DNA of 64,000 nucleotides from Owenia fusiformis (Eukaryota): NCBI GenBank assembly GCA_903813345.2, contig CAIIXF020000001.1, positions 46,996,001 to 47,060,000 of the forward strand, read 5' to 3'. Shown piece by piece: positions 41,201 to 54,355 of this stretch (position 1 is its first letter; each line of letters starts with the position of its first letter). The notes under the pieces were generated by a model. It saw only the letters and a program-made list of their open reading frames with translations, ran no database searches and was not told where the DNA came from. The position numbers and the translations under genes were made by a program.

Positions 41201-44200
41201 AAGAAGCTATACAGGGGCCCCGAGTGGCCTCCAGAAGCTAAATGGTGGCTCCCAGGAGCTGTATGGTGGGCCTCAGTAGCCACAGAAGCTATACAAAGGC
41301 CCCCAATGGCCCCAAGAAGCTATAAGGTGGTCCTCAGAAGCTATACAGGGGCCTCTAGTAGCCCCCAGAAGCTATATGTTGGCCCCCAGAAGCTATACAG
41401 GGGCTCCAAATGGCCCCTAGAAGCTATATGGTGACCCTCAGAAGCTATACAGGGGCCCCCAGAAGCTATATAGGGGCTCCAAATGGCCCCTAGAAGCTAT
41501 ATGGTGGCCCCCAGAAGCTAAACGGGGACCCCAGAAGCTATACAGGGGCCCCCAGAAACTATACAGGGCCTCCCAGAAACTATACAGGGCCTCCAGAAAC
41601 TATACAGGGACCCAAGAAGCTATATGATGGCCCCCAGAAGCTATACGATGGCCCCCCAGTGGCCCCAGAAGCTATATGTTAGCCCCCGGAAACTGTACGG
41701 TGGTCCCCAATATGGCCTCCAGAAGCTATACAGGGCCCTCCTGAGTAGCCCCCGGAATCTATACAGTGGCCCCTAGTGCTCCCCTAAAGCTATACAGTGG
41801 CCCCGGAAAGCTATATGGTGGCCCTCAGAAGATATACAGAGGGCCCCTAATAGCCCCAGAAGCTATATTGTGGGTCCCAGTAGCCCCAAGAAGCTTTACA
41901 GGGGCCCCTAGTGACCCCAAGAAGCTACATGGTGGGCTAAAGAAGCTATACGATGGCCCCAAGAAGCTATACGTTTGCCCCCAGAAGCTATACGGTGGCC
42001 CCCAGAAGCTATAGGATGGCCTCCAGTAGACCCAGAAGCTATATGGTAGCCCCTAGAAGCTGTACGGTTGCCCCCAATGGCCCCAAGAAACTATACAGGG
42101 GCCCCCAGAAGCTATACGGTGGCCCCCAAAAGCCAGAAGCTAAAACCGAAAACTATATGGTGGCCCCCCACTGTCCCCAAGAAGCTATACAGGAGCCCCC
42201 AGAAGATATACAGGGGCCCCTAGTGGCCCAAAAAACCGATATTGTGGCCCCAGAAGCTATACAGGGGCCCCCAGTGGCCCCCAGAAGCTACATGCTACAT
42301 GGTGGGCTAAAGAAGCTATACGATGGCCCCAAGAAGCTATACGTTGGCCCCCAGAAGCTATACGGTGGCCCCCAGAAGCTATAGGATGGCCTCCAGTAGA
42401 CCCAGAAGCTATATGGTAGCCCCTAGAAGCTGTACGGTTGCCCCCATTGGCCCCAGGAAACTATACAGGGGCCCCCAGAAGCTATACGGTGGCCCCCAAA
42501 GGCCAGAAGCTAAAACCGAAAACTATATGGTGGCCCCCCACTGTCCCCAAGAAGCTATACAGGAGCCCCCAGAAGCTATACAGGGGCCCCTAGTGGCCCA
42601 AAAAACCTATATTGTGGCCCCAGAAGCTATACAGGGGCCCCCAGTGGCCCCCAGAAGCTTCATGGTGGGCTAAAGAAGCTATACGATGGCCCCAAGAAGC
42701 TATACGTTGGCCCCCAGAAGCTATACGGTGGCCCCCAGAAGCTATAGGATGGCCTCCAGTAGACCCAGAAGCTATATGGTAGCCCCTAGAAGCTGTACGG
42801 TTGCCCCCAATGGCCCCAGGAAACTATACAGGGGCCCCCAGAAGCTATACGGTGGCCCCCAAAAGCCAGAAGCTAAAACCGAAAACTATATGGTGGCCCC
42901 CACTGTCCCCAAGAAGCTATACAGGAGCCCCCAGAAGCTATACAGGGGCCCCTAGTGGCCCAAAAAACCTATATTGTGGCCCCAGAAGCTATACAGGGCC
43001 CCCCAGTGGCCCCCAGTGGCCCCCAGAAGCTATAAGAGGGTCCCCAGTGGCCCCCAGAATTAAGCCCAAATTTTCACTGACAAAAATATTCACTGTGTTG
43101 TCAATCTGAAATGTTTCATGGCCATTAAATTTCACTGTTAGAGAAAATATCCAATTGAATTCAATGTTACATCAAATATTCACAAGCCTTTAAATTTAAA
43201 AGCTACACGATGGCCCCCAGAAGTAATACAGGGCCCCCCAGTAGTCTGATTGCTCAGATGAGGAAAGCCAATGCTTATAAAATGTAGACATTATGCCAAA
43301 ATCTAGACTATGCCAACCCCTCTATTGTATGATTACATTAGTTTTCATTATGATGGATGTTCTAAATATTAAACTTACATACAGAATTGTACTTCTGCAA
43401 GATGACCACCAAAGAAGTCTGATTGCTCAGATGAAGAAAGCCAATGCTAATAAAATTTAGACACTATGCCAAAATCTAGACTATGTCAACCTCTCCATTG
43501 TAAGATTACATTAGATTTCATGCTGATACATGTACTGAATATAAAATTGTACTTACACATGATAACCACCATAGTCTAATTGCCCAGATGAGGGAAACGA
43601 ATGCTTAAAATATTTAGACATTATTCCAATGTCTCGAATATGCAAACCTCTCTATTGTATGATTAAATTAGATTTCATGATGATATATGTACTAAATATA
43701 AAACCTCCATATAAAATTATACTTGTACATGGTAGCCATCATAGTCTGATTGCTAAGATGATACATTAGATTTCATGGGGATACATATACTAAATATAAA
43801 ACTGATGGCATATAATATTGTACTTGTACATGATAACCACCAAAGTCGTATTGCTCAGATGAGGAAAACTAATGGTTATAATGTTAAGACATCATGCCAA
43901 AAGTCTAGACTATATGCCAACCTCATTACTGTATGAATTCATTAGATTTCATTTAATATACATGTATATACTACATATAAAATATGCAGTGTCCTATATA
44001 CTAGTGTAATACTATATGCTAGTTTAAGAATCAAGAATATGAAGAAATGTTGCATGTTGCAAAATAATGCATCTCTACAGTAACAAATAGTGTTCTGTTA
44101 CTGTTGCTATAGCAATGGATTAGGATTTTTTCTTGATTTTTTTTCATACATGTCAAGCATCATAGTAAAACTAATTCCTGAAAATTTCAAGTTAATATAT

Positions 44201-45408
44201 ATATTAGTATCTGAGATATGGGTGTGTCTTATAGTACCCCCTGTATATTTTATCAGGGGGGTATAAGAAATGCTCTGTAGAGAGTTGCATATGATACGAC
44301 GTATGCTAGATAATAATAATAGGGAGGTTAAGATTGAACTGTTTATGGTCCCCTATTGACTATTCTCACATCACGAAGCTTTTTTTTCGAGTGAATATGA
44401 GGGTGTGAGAAAAAGTTGTTTAAACCAATTGAGAGGTGGACAGTAATTCCCGGAGGGTCGTAATTTTATGTGTTTACGCATTTACTTCCAAATTCTCACA
44501 AAAAGCGTATTATTTAACTTCTCTTATCTATATAGTTGCATATATTATCTTGAAGCTTCAGCTATATTCCCGAAAATGATTTTTAGTTCAAAATGTCCAG
44601 CTCTTATGTTTGATTTGAAGTTTCAATGTCGAAAAACTCACTTTTTAGTATTTGCGAACAAGAGTCTGGAAACATGTTTTACCTAGGAACAGTCAGAAAA
44701 CTTCACCTTTAATTTATGCAATTAGTTGAAATTGTGGATTCTTTAAAATGTTTTTTTTAGTATCATTCTGTTTTTCTCTCCTCAAAGCAATTACTTATGT
44801 ATGGTACTTGTGTATTGTATATATTTACAGAGAACGACAGGAAAATGTTGAGGATGATCAAAACTTTCCAAGAGAAGCTTGGAAATGAAATCTATAAAAT
44901 AAAGGACGAGGAACAAAAATTCCACCAAGACCTCGGAGAGTTCATACTCATCATAAAACGCAATATGCCGGCCAATATGACTGACATTAAATCACTGAGT
45001 GGTTTCAAAAGCTACCTGAAGGAGATAAAGGGAAAACCTAACACCAAGATGGTGGTATTTGAAGCGTACATGTCCCTTCTGGAACGCCTTGGTGACATTC
45101 TGTCTGATATAGAACGTTTTGTGTGTCATCCTTTTGCCGAAATCCATTCAAAATGTGAAACAGAAAATCAAAGAAAAGTCAAAAAGGAAATAAAGAGGTC
45201 GTGCTGTGAAATGCAAAACAACCTTAAAATGGACAATAACCTGACAAAACTTCAACATCTCGAGTGGAAAAAGAAGATAGTCGCACGTGACCACAAACTA
45301 GTGCTCGGATTGGTCAGTCTTGTTCCATTGACAGTTGATGGGATTTCAGAGATTGATCAAAGTATTGATGAATATTTCTCTGGTATAAAGCCTGGAGTAA
45401 AATTATAA
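35257..45408 (+). CDS. Protein with a TRADD-N-like domain and a C-terminal helical region (355 aa)
   Basis: Exons 35257-35308, 35625-35819, 35930-36087, 36523-36607, 44831-45408 splice in frame; G-IILIVTC-NIDAL-NIW...FITE...LTIRAKIYDDEY..C..EL pattern; probable UTR exons ending at ~32902 and at 33654-33719. Confidence 0.7.
36820..38330. repeat. Tandem repeat, ~590-605-bp unit, about 2.5 copies
   Basis: Unit recurs at ~36871, ~37476 and ~38060 (AATGGTCCCRTTGCCATGGAAAC). Confidence 0.85.
38944..40728 (+). mobile_element. 5'-truncated CR1-like LINE, inactivated
   Basis: GPD, NYRPVSLTS, GVPQG, FADD and YLGV motifs; frameshift at ~39520; (GATGTA)n tail. Confidence 0.9.
41185..43060. repeat. GC-rich minisatellite (CCCCAGAAGCTATA core) with three ~365-bp higher-order repeats
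   Basis: ~20-30-bp variant units; higher-order copies at ~41930, ~42300 and ~42663. Confidence 0.9.
43240..43990. repeat. ~170-bp AT-rich tandem repeat
   Basis: AGTCTGATTGCTCAGATGAGGAAA recurs at ~43243, ~43416, ~43573, ~43743 and ~43844. Confidence 0.8.
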
Positions 45409-46563
45409 TTAGAATTTATGTACGATTAATAAACATCTAATAACCTACTTTATGAGTAACATTTTCATTTTCCCCCTTTCCAATAAAACACGAGAATGAA
45501 GATGGAAATGACACGGGTCTGTTTTTGTTACAGCGGGTCGAATATTACAAGATAACTATATGATACTATAATAATATAAATTGAATATAATTACTTGCTG
45601 AAAATAATAATGGATAAGTCTAATGTCATGATGGTATCGATACAATAAATAAACTGAAAATATAAGTTTATCTAAGAAAATAATGTGTTATTTATTAGAT
45701 TCTACACTATATATTTCATGTACTAATGTTAGTCACAATGTCTGCATTTGTTTCATAAATGCAATTTCTTGGTCAAGCTATCTTTAGCATTTCTTGCAAT
45801 AGGTATTTGTAAAATGTGTACAAATCGCATTCGTGAGTCTGGTACAGAGTACTTTAATGATGGTTAACATGGCTAGGAATTTATGACAATGGTACAAGAA
45901 TTTCTAAAACTACATTCTTGAATAATAAGGTTTCCTTATAATCGAATCATTTCCATGTGTTCTTATTCTTACGAGGGGTGATAAATAAGTGAATGAACGG
46001 ACACTTATCACCGTTCAGTGTCTTTGATTGATTCATTGTGTTATATCAAACCGTTACTTATCAACTCCTCGTTTTATTCAAATTATCTAATCAGTCAAAG
46101 CTATGTCTGTTGCATTTCTTTCAATAGGTATTTGTACATTTTATCCCCATCACATTTACTCTTTCGACATTATATTCATGAGCCTGTTACATACAAAGAA
46201 TAGTACTCTAACTGATGGTTCACATGGCAAGGAGTTAAAAATGTTATAAAATGATATAATTTCTAAAACTACATTCTTGAATAATATTGTTTCCTTATAA
46301 TCAAATCATCTGTTCTTGTTTTCATACGAGGTGTGAAAAGTAATTCAATGAACATACTTATTATCTATCAATTTCTTTGATGGTTTCACTGTACGTGATT
46401 CATACCCTTAGTATTGTTCAAAGTATCAATCAATCTAAACGCAAAGCTTTTCTTTTTAATTCATAATCATAGATGCACGGTTACGTAATTAAAGTACTTG
46501 TATTGTACAAAGGCTCAAAACTGTTAATTATAAACTCAAGAAATAATATTACAAAATCAGCAG

Positions 46564-47145
46564 CATAGGCCAAGGGAAAAGTCATAGTAAGCTGTATATA
46601 GAAGAGACAGGTCCACAAGTAAGATTGAAAAATTTTCAAATTTTTTTAGTCTTGGCACTAGTTCTCCTTACTGGTATCAAATTGTATTCCCAAATCTCTC
46701 CAAAATCTTCTTCAAAGTGTTTTTCAAACTTATATCATTGTTTTTTTCAAATCTTTATCTAAAAACTGCATATAATACTGCATATAAAACAACAACTATG
46801 GATATCTGCAATTGCCTGGCAAGCTGAAACTGATTGTCACTGGTGGAGGTCAGGGAGGTCAGCAGTGACCAATCAGATCACTTGTTTACTAATGAACTTG
46901 CCAGGCAATTGCAGGTTTTCATAAATTCTCTCTTTTAGACAGCATTATTCACTCTACATCATCTGACTGAGTTTCAATCTTTGGTAAGAGCTACAAACTA
47001 TTAATTTTCTATCAACTCCCCATGGCTTTTTGAAAATAATACACTAAAAATTGTTGAAATCTCCATCTTAAAAAGTGGTCTAAGTCAGAGTTGTTCACCT
47101 GTCTCTTCTATATACGGCTTACTATTACTTTACCCTTGGCCTATG
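46564..47145. mobile_element. P-element-like (or hAT) MITE
   Basis: TIR CATAGGCCAAGGG...; exact 8-bp TSD ATCAGCAG. Confidence 0.85.
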
Positions 47146-47319
47146 ATCAGCAGACTGTATTTTACTGTTCTAATTTCATATCACTTGTTTCTGGTAAATT
47201 TTGAATGAGGGCAAGTGACAATTATCTTAACTTTGCGCAGAAATATAAATCTCTATTGTTCTATATTGTCATTGTTTCCTACGTGATAGGCGTCTACTCT
47301 GGGATTCACTGGTGTTTGT

Positions 47320-50300
47320 TTACCGTTTGCCCCAACTCCAGCTGCATCTAACACCACAGTAGTACGCGCGTCTCCATGGGCAGCACACCCACTGAAAGCT
47401 ACAGTGCACACCACACCCGCGTTTAAATCGTGTCGATCCTATGATATAGTTTAAAACATTTGTTTTCATATAATGTATATGTACAAAGAGATTCAATAGG
47501 GCTCTGATATTGAAGATTATTATTTTATCGATATGCATTATTTTGTTAACGACCAGTACTATTTAGACTTTAATAATCAGATAATAGAATAATATATCAC
47601 TAGGTATATTCAAACTACGTACTTTTTGAGATATCAGTATTCATATGCTCATTAATCAATTCCTCAGGAACCGGCACGAGCCAATGCAGAGGTATCTCAT
47701 CGCAAGCTTCGCGTATCGCATCGGACAGGAAACCTCGCTCAGCAACAGGCTCCTCAGATGGCATCAACCGGGGGATGCTTGAGTCGTTCTTTGGTTGCTC
47801 AATATCAAATGTCCCGTCCTTCAAATGAAGACTTAAATTGAGTCAGGCTATACCAACAGCTTCAGGTCAAGTGTTAAGTTTCAATGTTTTATCAATCAAA
47901 TAATTACCCTATATCTATGTGTCATTCACTACATGTAGTAATTTATTCCTTTTTTAAGAATCAAAATGTAGCTGTTGGAAAGGGTAGCATACATTATCTA
48001 TCATGATTTAAAATTGGCAATGCAAAAGCAGTTTAAAAGGAACGAACAAGCGTCAGTATGCATATCTTGAGATAATTGTGCATTAACAATTCAAATGTAT
48101 TTTTCATGCAGAAAGGATCTTACCGGATGTGCCTCCATGTAGCTCTCAACAGCCTCTGGACTCATCTCTTCTTTATCGATAGTGCTGAGGAAGCACCCAT
48201 AAATATTACCCATACGGGTACGCACTACTGTCAGTCCCTATAGAAATCCGAAATTATTTTGTTATCAAAATGATTCCAATATTTTTTGGGCTGGAATCAC
48301 CTAATTCACTCCCAATAAAGTGCATCGCGTTCGGCTATCAATAGCTTGCACTTTGCCCTAAAGGGTGGTCCACAAAAGTGAACCCTTACAACAAGCTATA
48401 TTTCAATTATTATATAAAAATTACCCACATTTAAATGGGCTAATATTTTCACATGTTTTAGAGGAAGGCCTGAAGTTTTTGCGGGTACCATAAAGGTCAG
48501 TCAGTCTTAAGTCTTGCAAAAGTTACATGGCATCAACAGATATGCCTGATAATGGATGGTGTCCTGAATCCATGCTCCGCCATTCTGGAATCTGGATAAC
48601 TGCTGCAACGCGAATGTTGAGGTTTTTGACATACAAAATAGCCCTAGGCCTATGCATGCTACCTAGAGTGGGTAGAGCAGTGAACAACTTAAACATTCGC
48701 ATGATTGAAGACTGGTTGACCTTTATGGTACTTACAAAAGTTATAGACCTCCCTGAATATAGGTCGTTGCAGCGCAAGAGTTCACTTTTGTGGACCACAT
48801 TGTATATTGTAGACAGAGAAAGGCCTGACAAATGCACTCATCAAAAGAATACATGAGAGGTGATCAAGAATTTCGAACAAGCTGCACAGAGAATTTCAAG
48901 TAACCATTTTGGCCATCATGCAATTTGTAATGACAATGCGCAAGTTTTCCATTCCCCTGAGCAGCAGAGCAGCAACAATGAACAGATTGTAAACTATTTA
49001 TTGATTATCAAATTTCTTACCTTGTTGAAATCGTGTAAGACAAAAGAGTGTTGTTTTGGGTCATCAATCTCTGTGGTTCTTTTCTCCTTATCCACCTTAA
49101 CAGTTTCGGCACTTTCCCCGTCCTTTCCACCTTTCACGATCACAGAGTACTCCTGTGGTATTTAAATATACATATTCATTTAATATCTAAATCTTGATTT
49201 CCCATTGTATATTTACAAAATGATAATTGCGAAATACTATGAGACAAAATTTTAAAAAATACCTTTATTAAATCTTCGTGTGTTTCCCTAATCATGTGCA
49301 TGGCACCGACGAGAGAGCCTACTACGATTAGCACAACTAGGACAACTGACACGCCTACTATGGTGTACTTCTTTGTATTTGTTTTGACTGGCGAAGGTGC
49401 CGGCATCTGTGATTAATAAAAAACACAAATGACACACGGTTATATGATACAAACACCTACGGTGTATACAACTAAACCTCGAAAACACATCTTGTGTTTC
49501 TGATGTTTTAATATTGTTTCATCGGAACAAGGATCAAAAAATAAAAAGTGATATAAAGAGATAAGCAATTAGCTAAACTCCATAACGAATGTGATTTTTG
49601 ATATTTCATGATCACTATTCGGGCCTCCTAGACTTTCACTAACGCGATCATCAGTTCCGACCACGCGAACAAAGTTCCTTCCACCCGAAGAACCAGTTCC
49701 TCCCTGGTGTAGTTCGTAGTTCGCAAGGTCGAAACTGATGATCACGTTAGTGGAAGACAGTAGACCTTTTATTTTTATTTTATATTTTATAAAGCTACAT
49801 GATGAGCGTCCTCAATAAAGTTTTTAAAACTCACTTGTAAATTATTAATAATTTATTATATTTTTATTAAAAAGTTATAATATTTTTATTGATTATTTAT
49901 AAAATTTTCTTTGCAAACATTAAATATTATAGGATATTTTCCTAGTACCTTTTCATCAAAATATATTCGCATTGACTTGAGTGGAGAAATTTTAAAGTGT
50001 GTACCGGTATATACTTTTGTATTATATGCGTGATGTACAGTGCGTTTCAAAAAAACGCAGCAGATTGTTATTTCGGAAAAGCACAAAACCAGTGATAACA
50101 GCATTGATTTCATTGAATGCACAATAAAGCCATGTGTCTCCTCTTTACAATGATATATCATTCATTGATATTTGGTCATGGTTGTGTGAGTAATCATTCC
50201 ATTTGCAAAGTGGGCCAAAATTAGCTTGGGACCAAGTTATAATTAAACATCGCAAAAGTCAGTGTACGGAGCCCGATGCAATATTGGAAGAAAACATAAA

Positions 50301-51134
50301 ACCAATGCTGACTGCATCCCTTTCATTCGATGTACCAAAAAGCCAAATTACTCCTCTTTGCAATGGAATATCATTCATTCACAGGGAGTCATGGCTAACC
50401 TAATAATCATTAATTTTGCAAAGTGGGGCAAAATTCAGTTCGGACCCAAGTTTTAAACATTGCAAAAATCACTGCAAGGGGCATAGGGGCTGTTGGGAGA
50501 AGGTGTGACAGGTGTTACATAGACAATAAAGTGTTCATACTCATCTTGCAAGAATACATCCTATACCCCTCCAAATTGCCAGCACTTCCTTGCACATAAA
50601 AATGCGCTCATCTGTCCACGTCATGCATGGTTCAGCCATGAGTCATCTGTGGGTTAAAGCAGAGAAAAGCAGCCCATGGGCAATTCTTTCTCGAGGTTTT
50701 GCAATATCCGGAGGAGGAATTGTGAGCACAGATGCTCCTGAGATAGCTCCAAAAGAAAAAGTCACAAAAATTCAGGGGAACTTCCATTGGCACTAGATTA
50801 GCCCTTGCACTGATTTTTGCAATATCTAAAACTTGGTCTAGAGCCGATTTTGACCCACTGTGCAAATGGAAGGATTTCTCACCCAACAATTACCACATGT
50901 GAATGAATGACATATCATTGCAAAGAGGAGAGACGTGGCTTTATGGTACATTGAATAAAATTGATGTAGTCATCACTAGTTTTGTGATTTTAGGAGATAA
51001 CTACTTGTTGCGTTTTTTTATACGCCCTATATAATACATGCATATACTATATAACTTACGTGTTCTGTGGTGAAGTTCTTTTCGGTATCACCTGCAGCCG
51101 TTTCTTTGCCAACAATGGAAATATCTGGCTTCAT
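47320..51134 (-). CDS. BRICHOS-domain precursor with a C-terminal Cys-rich amidated peptide (259 aa)
   Basis: Exons 51134-51060, 49406-49263, 49152-49021, 48237-48124, 47818-47623, 47438-47320, all in frame; N-terminal TM helix; BRICHOS hallmarks HDFNKG, GCFL and EAC..LHWL; RFKR cleavage site; terminal GKR. Confidence 0.88.
48361..48802. mobile_element. Tc1/mariner-type MITE
   Basis: TIR core GTGGTCCACAAAAGTGAAC; TA flanks. Confidence 0.7.
49622..49766. mobile_element. Small hairpin MITE
   Basis: CACTAACGCGATCATCAGTT / AACTGATGATCACGTTAGTG inverted repeat. Confidence 0.5.
50038..51028. mobile_element. Tc1/mariner-type foldback MITE
   Basis: CAGTGCGTTTCAAAAAAACGCA matches the right end; long imperfect inverted arms; TA flanks. 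Confidence 0.65.
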
Positions 51135-51253
51135 TTTTTCAGCTGAGTCGAGTTATTTGATGAAACTATCAATTGGTTTGAAAGTTGTAATAGTACTAGT
51201 TGTCTCCAAATAAAGAAATAAGGCGCGCACTGCGAGATCTCAACCCAGGGGCT

Positions 51254-51307
51254 TCTTTTATATCCAGGGCGCTACGCTCAAGCTCTGGTGCGTTCCTTTT
51301 CGATTGG
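51254..51307 (-). promoter_or_regulatory. TATA and CCAAT boxes of the BRICHOS gene
   Basis: TATAAAAGA at ~51254-51262 and CCAAT at 51303-51307 on the minus strand, 120-170 bp upstream of the ATG. Confidence 0.55.
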
Positions 51308-54300
51308 TTGTTACAACAAGGAAGTTACCTTAAAAGGAAAACATCCTGGGTTCTGTTGAAATTATCTTTAATTAAATTGATATAACAATGAAAAGAATGG
51401 GCTAACCTGGCCTGGGAACAAGGTAACCTGACAGTTCCAAGAACCGTCAACTGTACCTGTCTTTGATATGGTGTTATTTTTGTCATTATTCATGCATTTT
51501 AGTCTTTTAAAGAAAGATGAGATCATTCCACAATATCATACGATTCCCACGTAGACAAATAGTCATCAGTAGAAAATAATGGCTGCTTTCGAATGTGTGC
51601 ATCACCTGCTTAGTCTGTTGTTACCCTTGAATATCTGTTTCGATCGAACATTGATTTTTCTGCCTCACATGCTTTAAAAATATCCAATATACATGACCAC
51701 GCCATCCAAGGACCAAAACCAAATGCAAAGGAATATGTGACAAGGAGGTCAAGGGAGTATATAAGTTCAATGACATAGGGTTGTTCAGTGGCTGAGAAAC
51801 TTCCCAAATTCGAGAGGAGCAATAAGAGAAGTGAAAAGACTTTGACATACTAGTAACTAAGTTCGTGATTTAATTTCCTCTCCCTTCCTCTTCAATTTTT
51901 CTCTTTGAATCGTAGCGATTTATTACATGCAATTTGTTTTCAGTTTCCATTATCATGGCTTCAATTGCAAAAATGCATTTGGCAAAAAACTTTTTGTATT
52001 TTTGACCAGGCCTAGTAAAAGCAGGCCCATTGACAGATGTTCGAGACTGCTTTGGCGAACTGATCTCCGTGGATATTCTTCGGGAAGTAGAGAAAAGTAG
52101 TTTCAGCCAAGTTTGCGACCGATACTTTATTTCAGCGCGTTTGTGGAGCCCTAAATCGTCCCTCCTCTATAAAAAAGGTTCCATGTCCACTTGCACAATA
52201 TTTGCAGAAAACGGAGAACAAACATCTAGGTTCCTCTATCTTTGTGATACAGTAAAATAAAATGTTGATATGAATGCTTATGGATCATATAGCCATGATG
52301 AATCAATCCTGATCAGGATCAAAGAAATGTCAATGTTTTAGCTATAGGCTACTTTAAAAAATGCATTTGGATACCTTTTGCATCTGTAACAAAAAGATCG
52401 GTTCATTTGATGGAGATGGAATCTTTAATAACCATTGAATACAGGGCTAGTCAATGAGATAAAGCTATCTTTTAAGAAGCTAGTCACATTATTGCGTAGG
52501 GTACGGAATCCTAGATCTGTTCAAGTAAATCGTACATCGACTTAATAGTACATCGCAGTTTTGATGATGGGGGGGGGGTTCTTCGAATAGGTTCGAGTTA
52601 TAGTTAATGACAGCTTTATTTGACTCACTTTCAAATGTAGGCCTTACCAAATATGGTACTTGAACCTTTTATTTTCAGGATAACTTACATCCCTGTAGCA
52701 AAAAAAGTTCATGTTCATATGATAGTGCTGCGTATTTGTTTGTCAATCTAGGTATAGTACGCTTATTCTAGATTTCATAGAACTCATGAATTATTGTGGT
52801 CACGTATTAAATCCAATGATGAACGACTCGATGCCATCGTGACATGTCAATCATGCAATACAATTAAATATCAGTTTGATGAAAAGATACGTTAAAAATA
52901 GCATTCGGGGAAATATTCCAAATACGGATTTTCTTTCAGATGTTTATCAAAATACTGAGACAAACAACAGAACAAGGTTTACATTCAATATTTAGAAACC
53001 AAATTCAAGATGGTCGGTGTTTCTTAACAGCATTTTGCTTATCCAATGATTATTGTGCTATCTGTACAATAACAGCCAGTGTGATATTTTTCAAAAAATC
53101 GTTTATCAGCCAGCCCCTCAATTATACGCGGCTGATATCGCTGGTATCGTTTATTTTTTTTTGAATTTTTTGTCACCACCAGGAGTGGTTTATCCTTTAC
53201 ATATGTGTTACCATGGCAACAAATAAGTGGACTTGCAATAATTTAACAAGTATGCCTATTGTTACAAGTACTGTTTAGACTGAATTCAAATGTTTACTGT
53301 GAACATATCTAAACACGTTTTGAGTTCCAACACATTTCTGCCAATATCTGTTACAATGGCAACAAATAAGTGGACTTGTAATATGTTGTAACCATTTGCA
53401 ATGATATTTAACAAGTACTGTTCACACTGACTTCAAATTTTTACTGTCTGACTGTGAATATAAATAAACGTGTCATTGACTGTGCTAGTCGAAATCCATG
53501 GATTCAGTCCTGCACATGTTACGTATCATAAGTTCACACATCTGTTGATTTTATTCCAAGATCAAATTCAAATGATTCATCATAATGATGTCATATACAA
53601 GTATGACGTCATCTCCAAACATTATTTTTTAACAATCAAAATATCAAAAGTAATATGTTTACTGAGGCACAAATATTTTAACTAAAGGACAAACAAAATC
53701 AATAGCAATAAAACATGGTTCACGAGGGGTAAGTCATCACGTAACCTTTTTTGCTGCTGAGACTGTAAGTATTTCTCGATTTAAGAAGCCATTTTCCAAC
53801 CAAAAGTTAAGATTCTTGAGTTATTAGGCCTACTGTTTTCGAAAATTGATGTTGCTGGAATAGCTTTGTGAAATACATTATTTTGACTAATTAAAAGATA
53901 CTTAAAAACTACATGTAATTAATCATAAATGCCTACGCTACCCCTAACCATCAGTAACGTACAGCGTCAAAATTACCGCCGCACCAGTTCATCTGCACGT
54001 TGCTGTTTGGATCGCCAGGAATTGACTTTATCATTGATTTTATCAACACTCTGAGTCAATTCACATCCAATGATTCTCTGCATTCTTTCGGTGATGGAGT
54101 CGCCAATATGTATAACGACTTCAGATCTAAATGATCTCATGATTTCATGATTTCAACATGATTTCCTTGTTATTCATCGACCCATACCGTCAGAAATCTT
54201 TATTTTTGCTGAATTTCGCAAAATCCTAGATTTTTGTTTTGTTGTGTAGATAACAGTAAAATTACGAATAGCAGACTTGAATATAAGTACACACATATAC

Positions 54301-54355
54301 AGTATAGAGAGAGGGTTTATGTCAAACTGCGTTTTATTTTGGATGTTATCATAAC

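Larger units (their letters stand above)
38810..44288. mobile_element. Long-TIR non-autonomous DNA element carrying satellites; left TIR split by a LINE
   Basis: GCAACTCTCTACAGAGC... TIR: 38810-38943 plus 40729-40865 together match the reverse complement of ~44020-44288. Confidence 0.8.

Noticed and set aside
41766..43109. Pro/Lys/Tyr-rich ORFs (adhesive- or extensin-like)
   Set aside because: They arise in several frames of a minisatellite with frameshifts between units, have no signal peptide or splice support, and lie inside a TIR element
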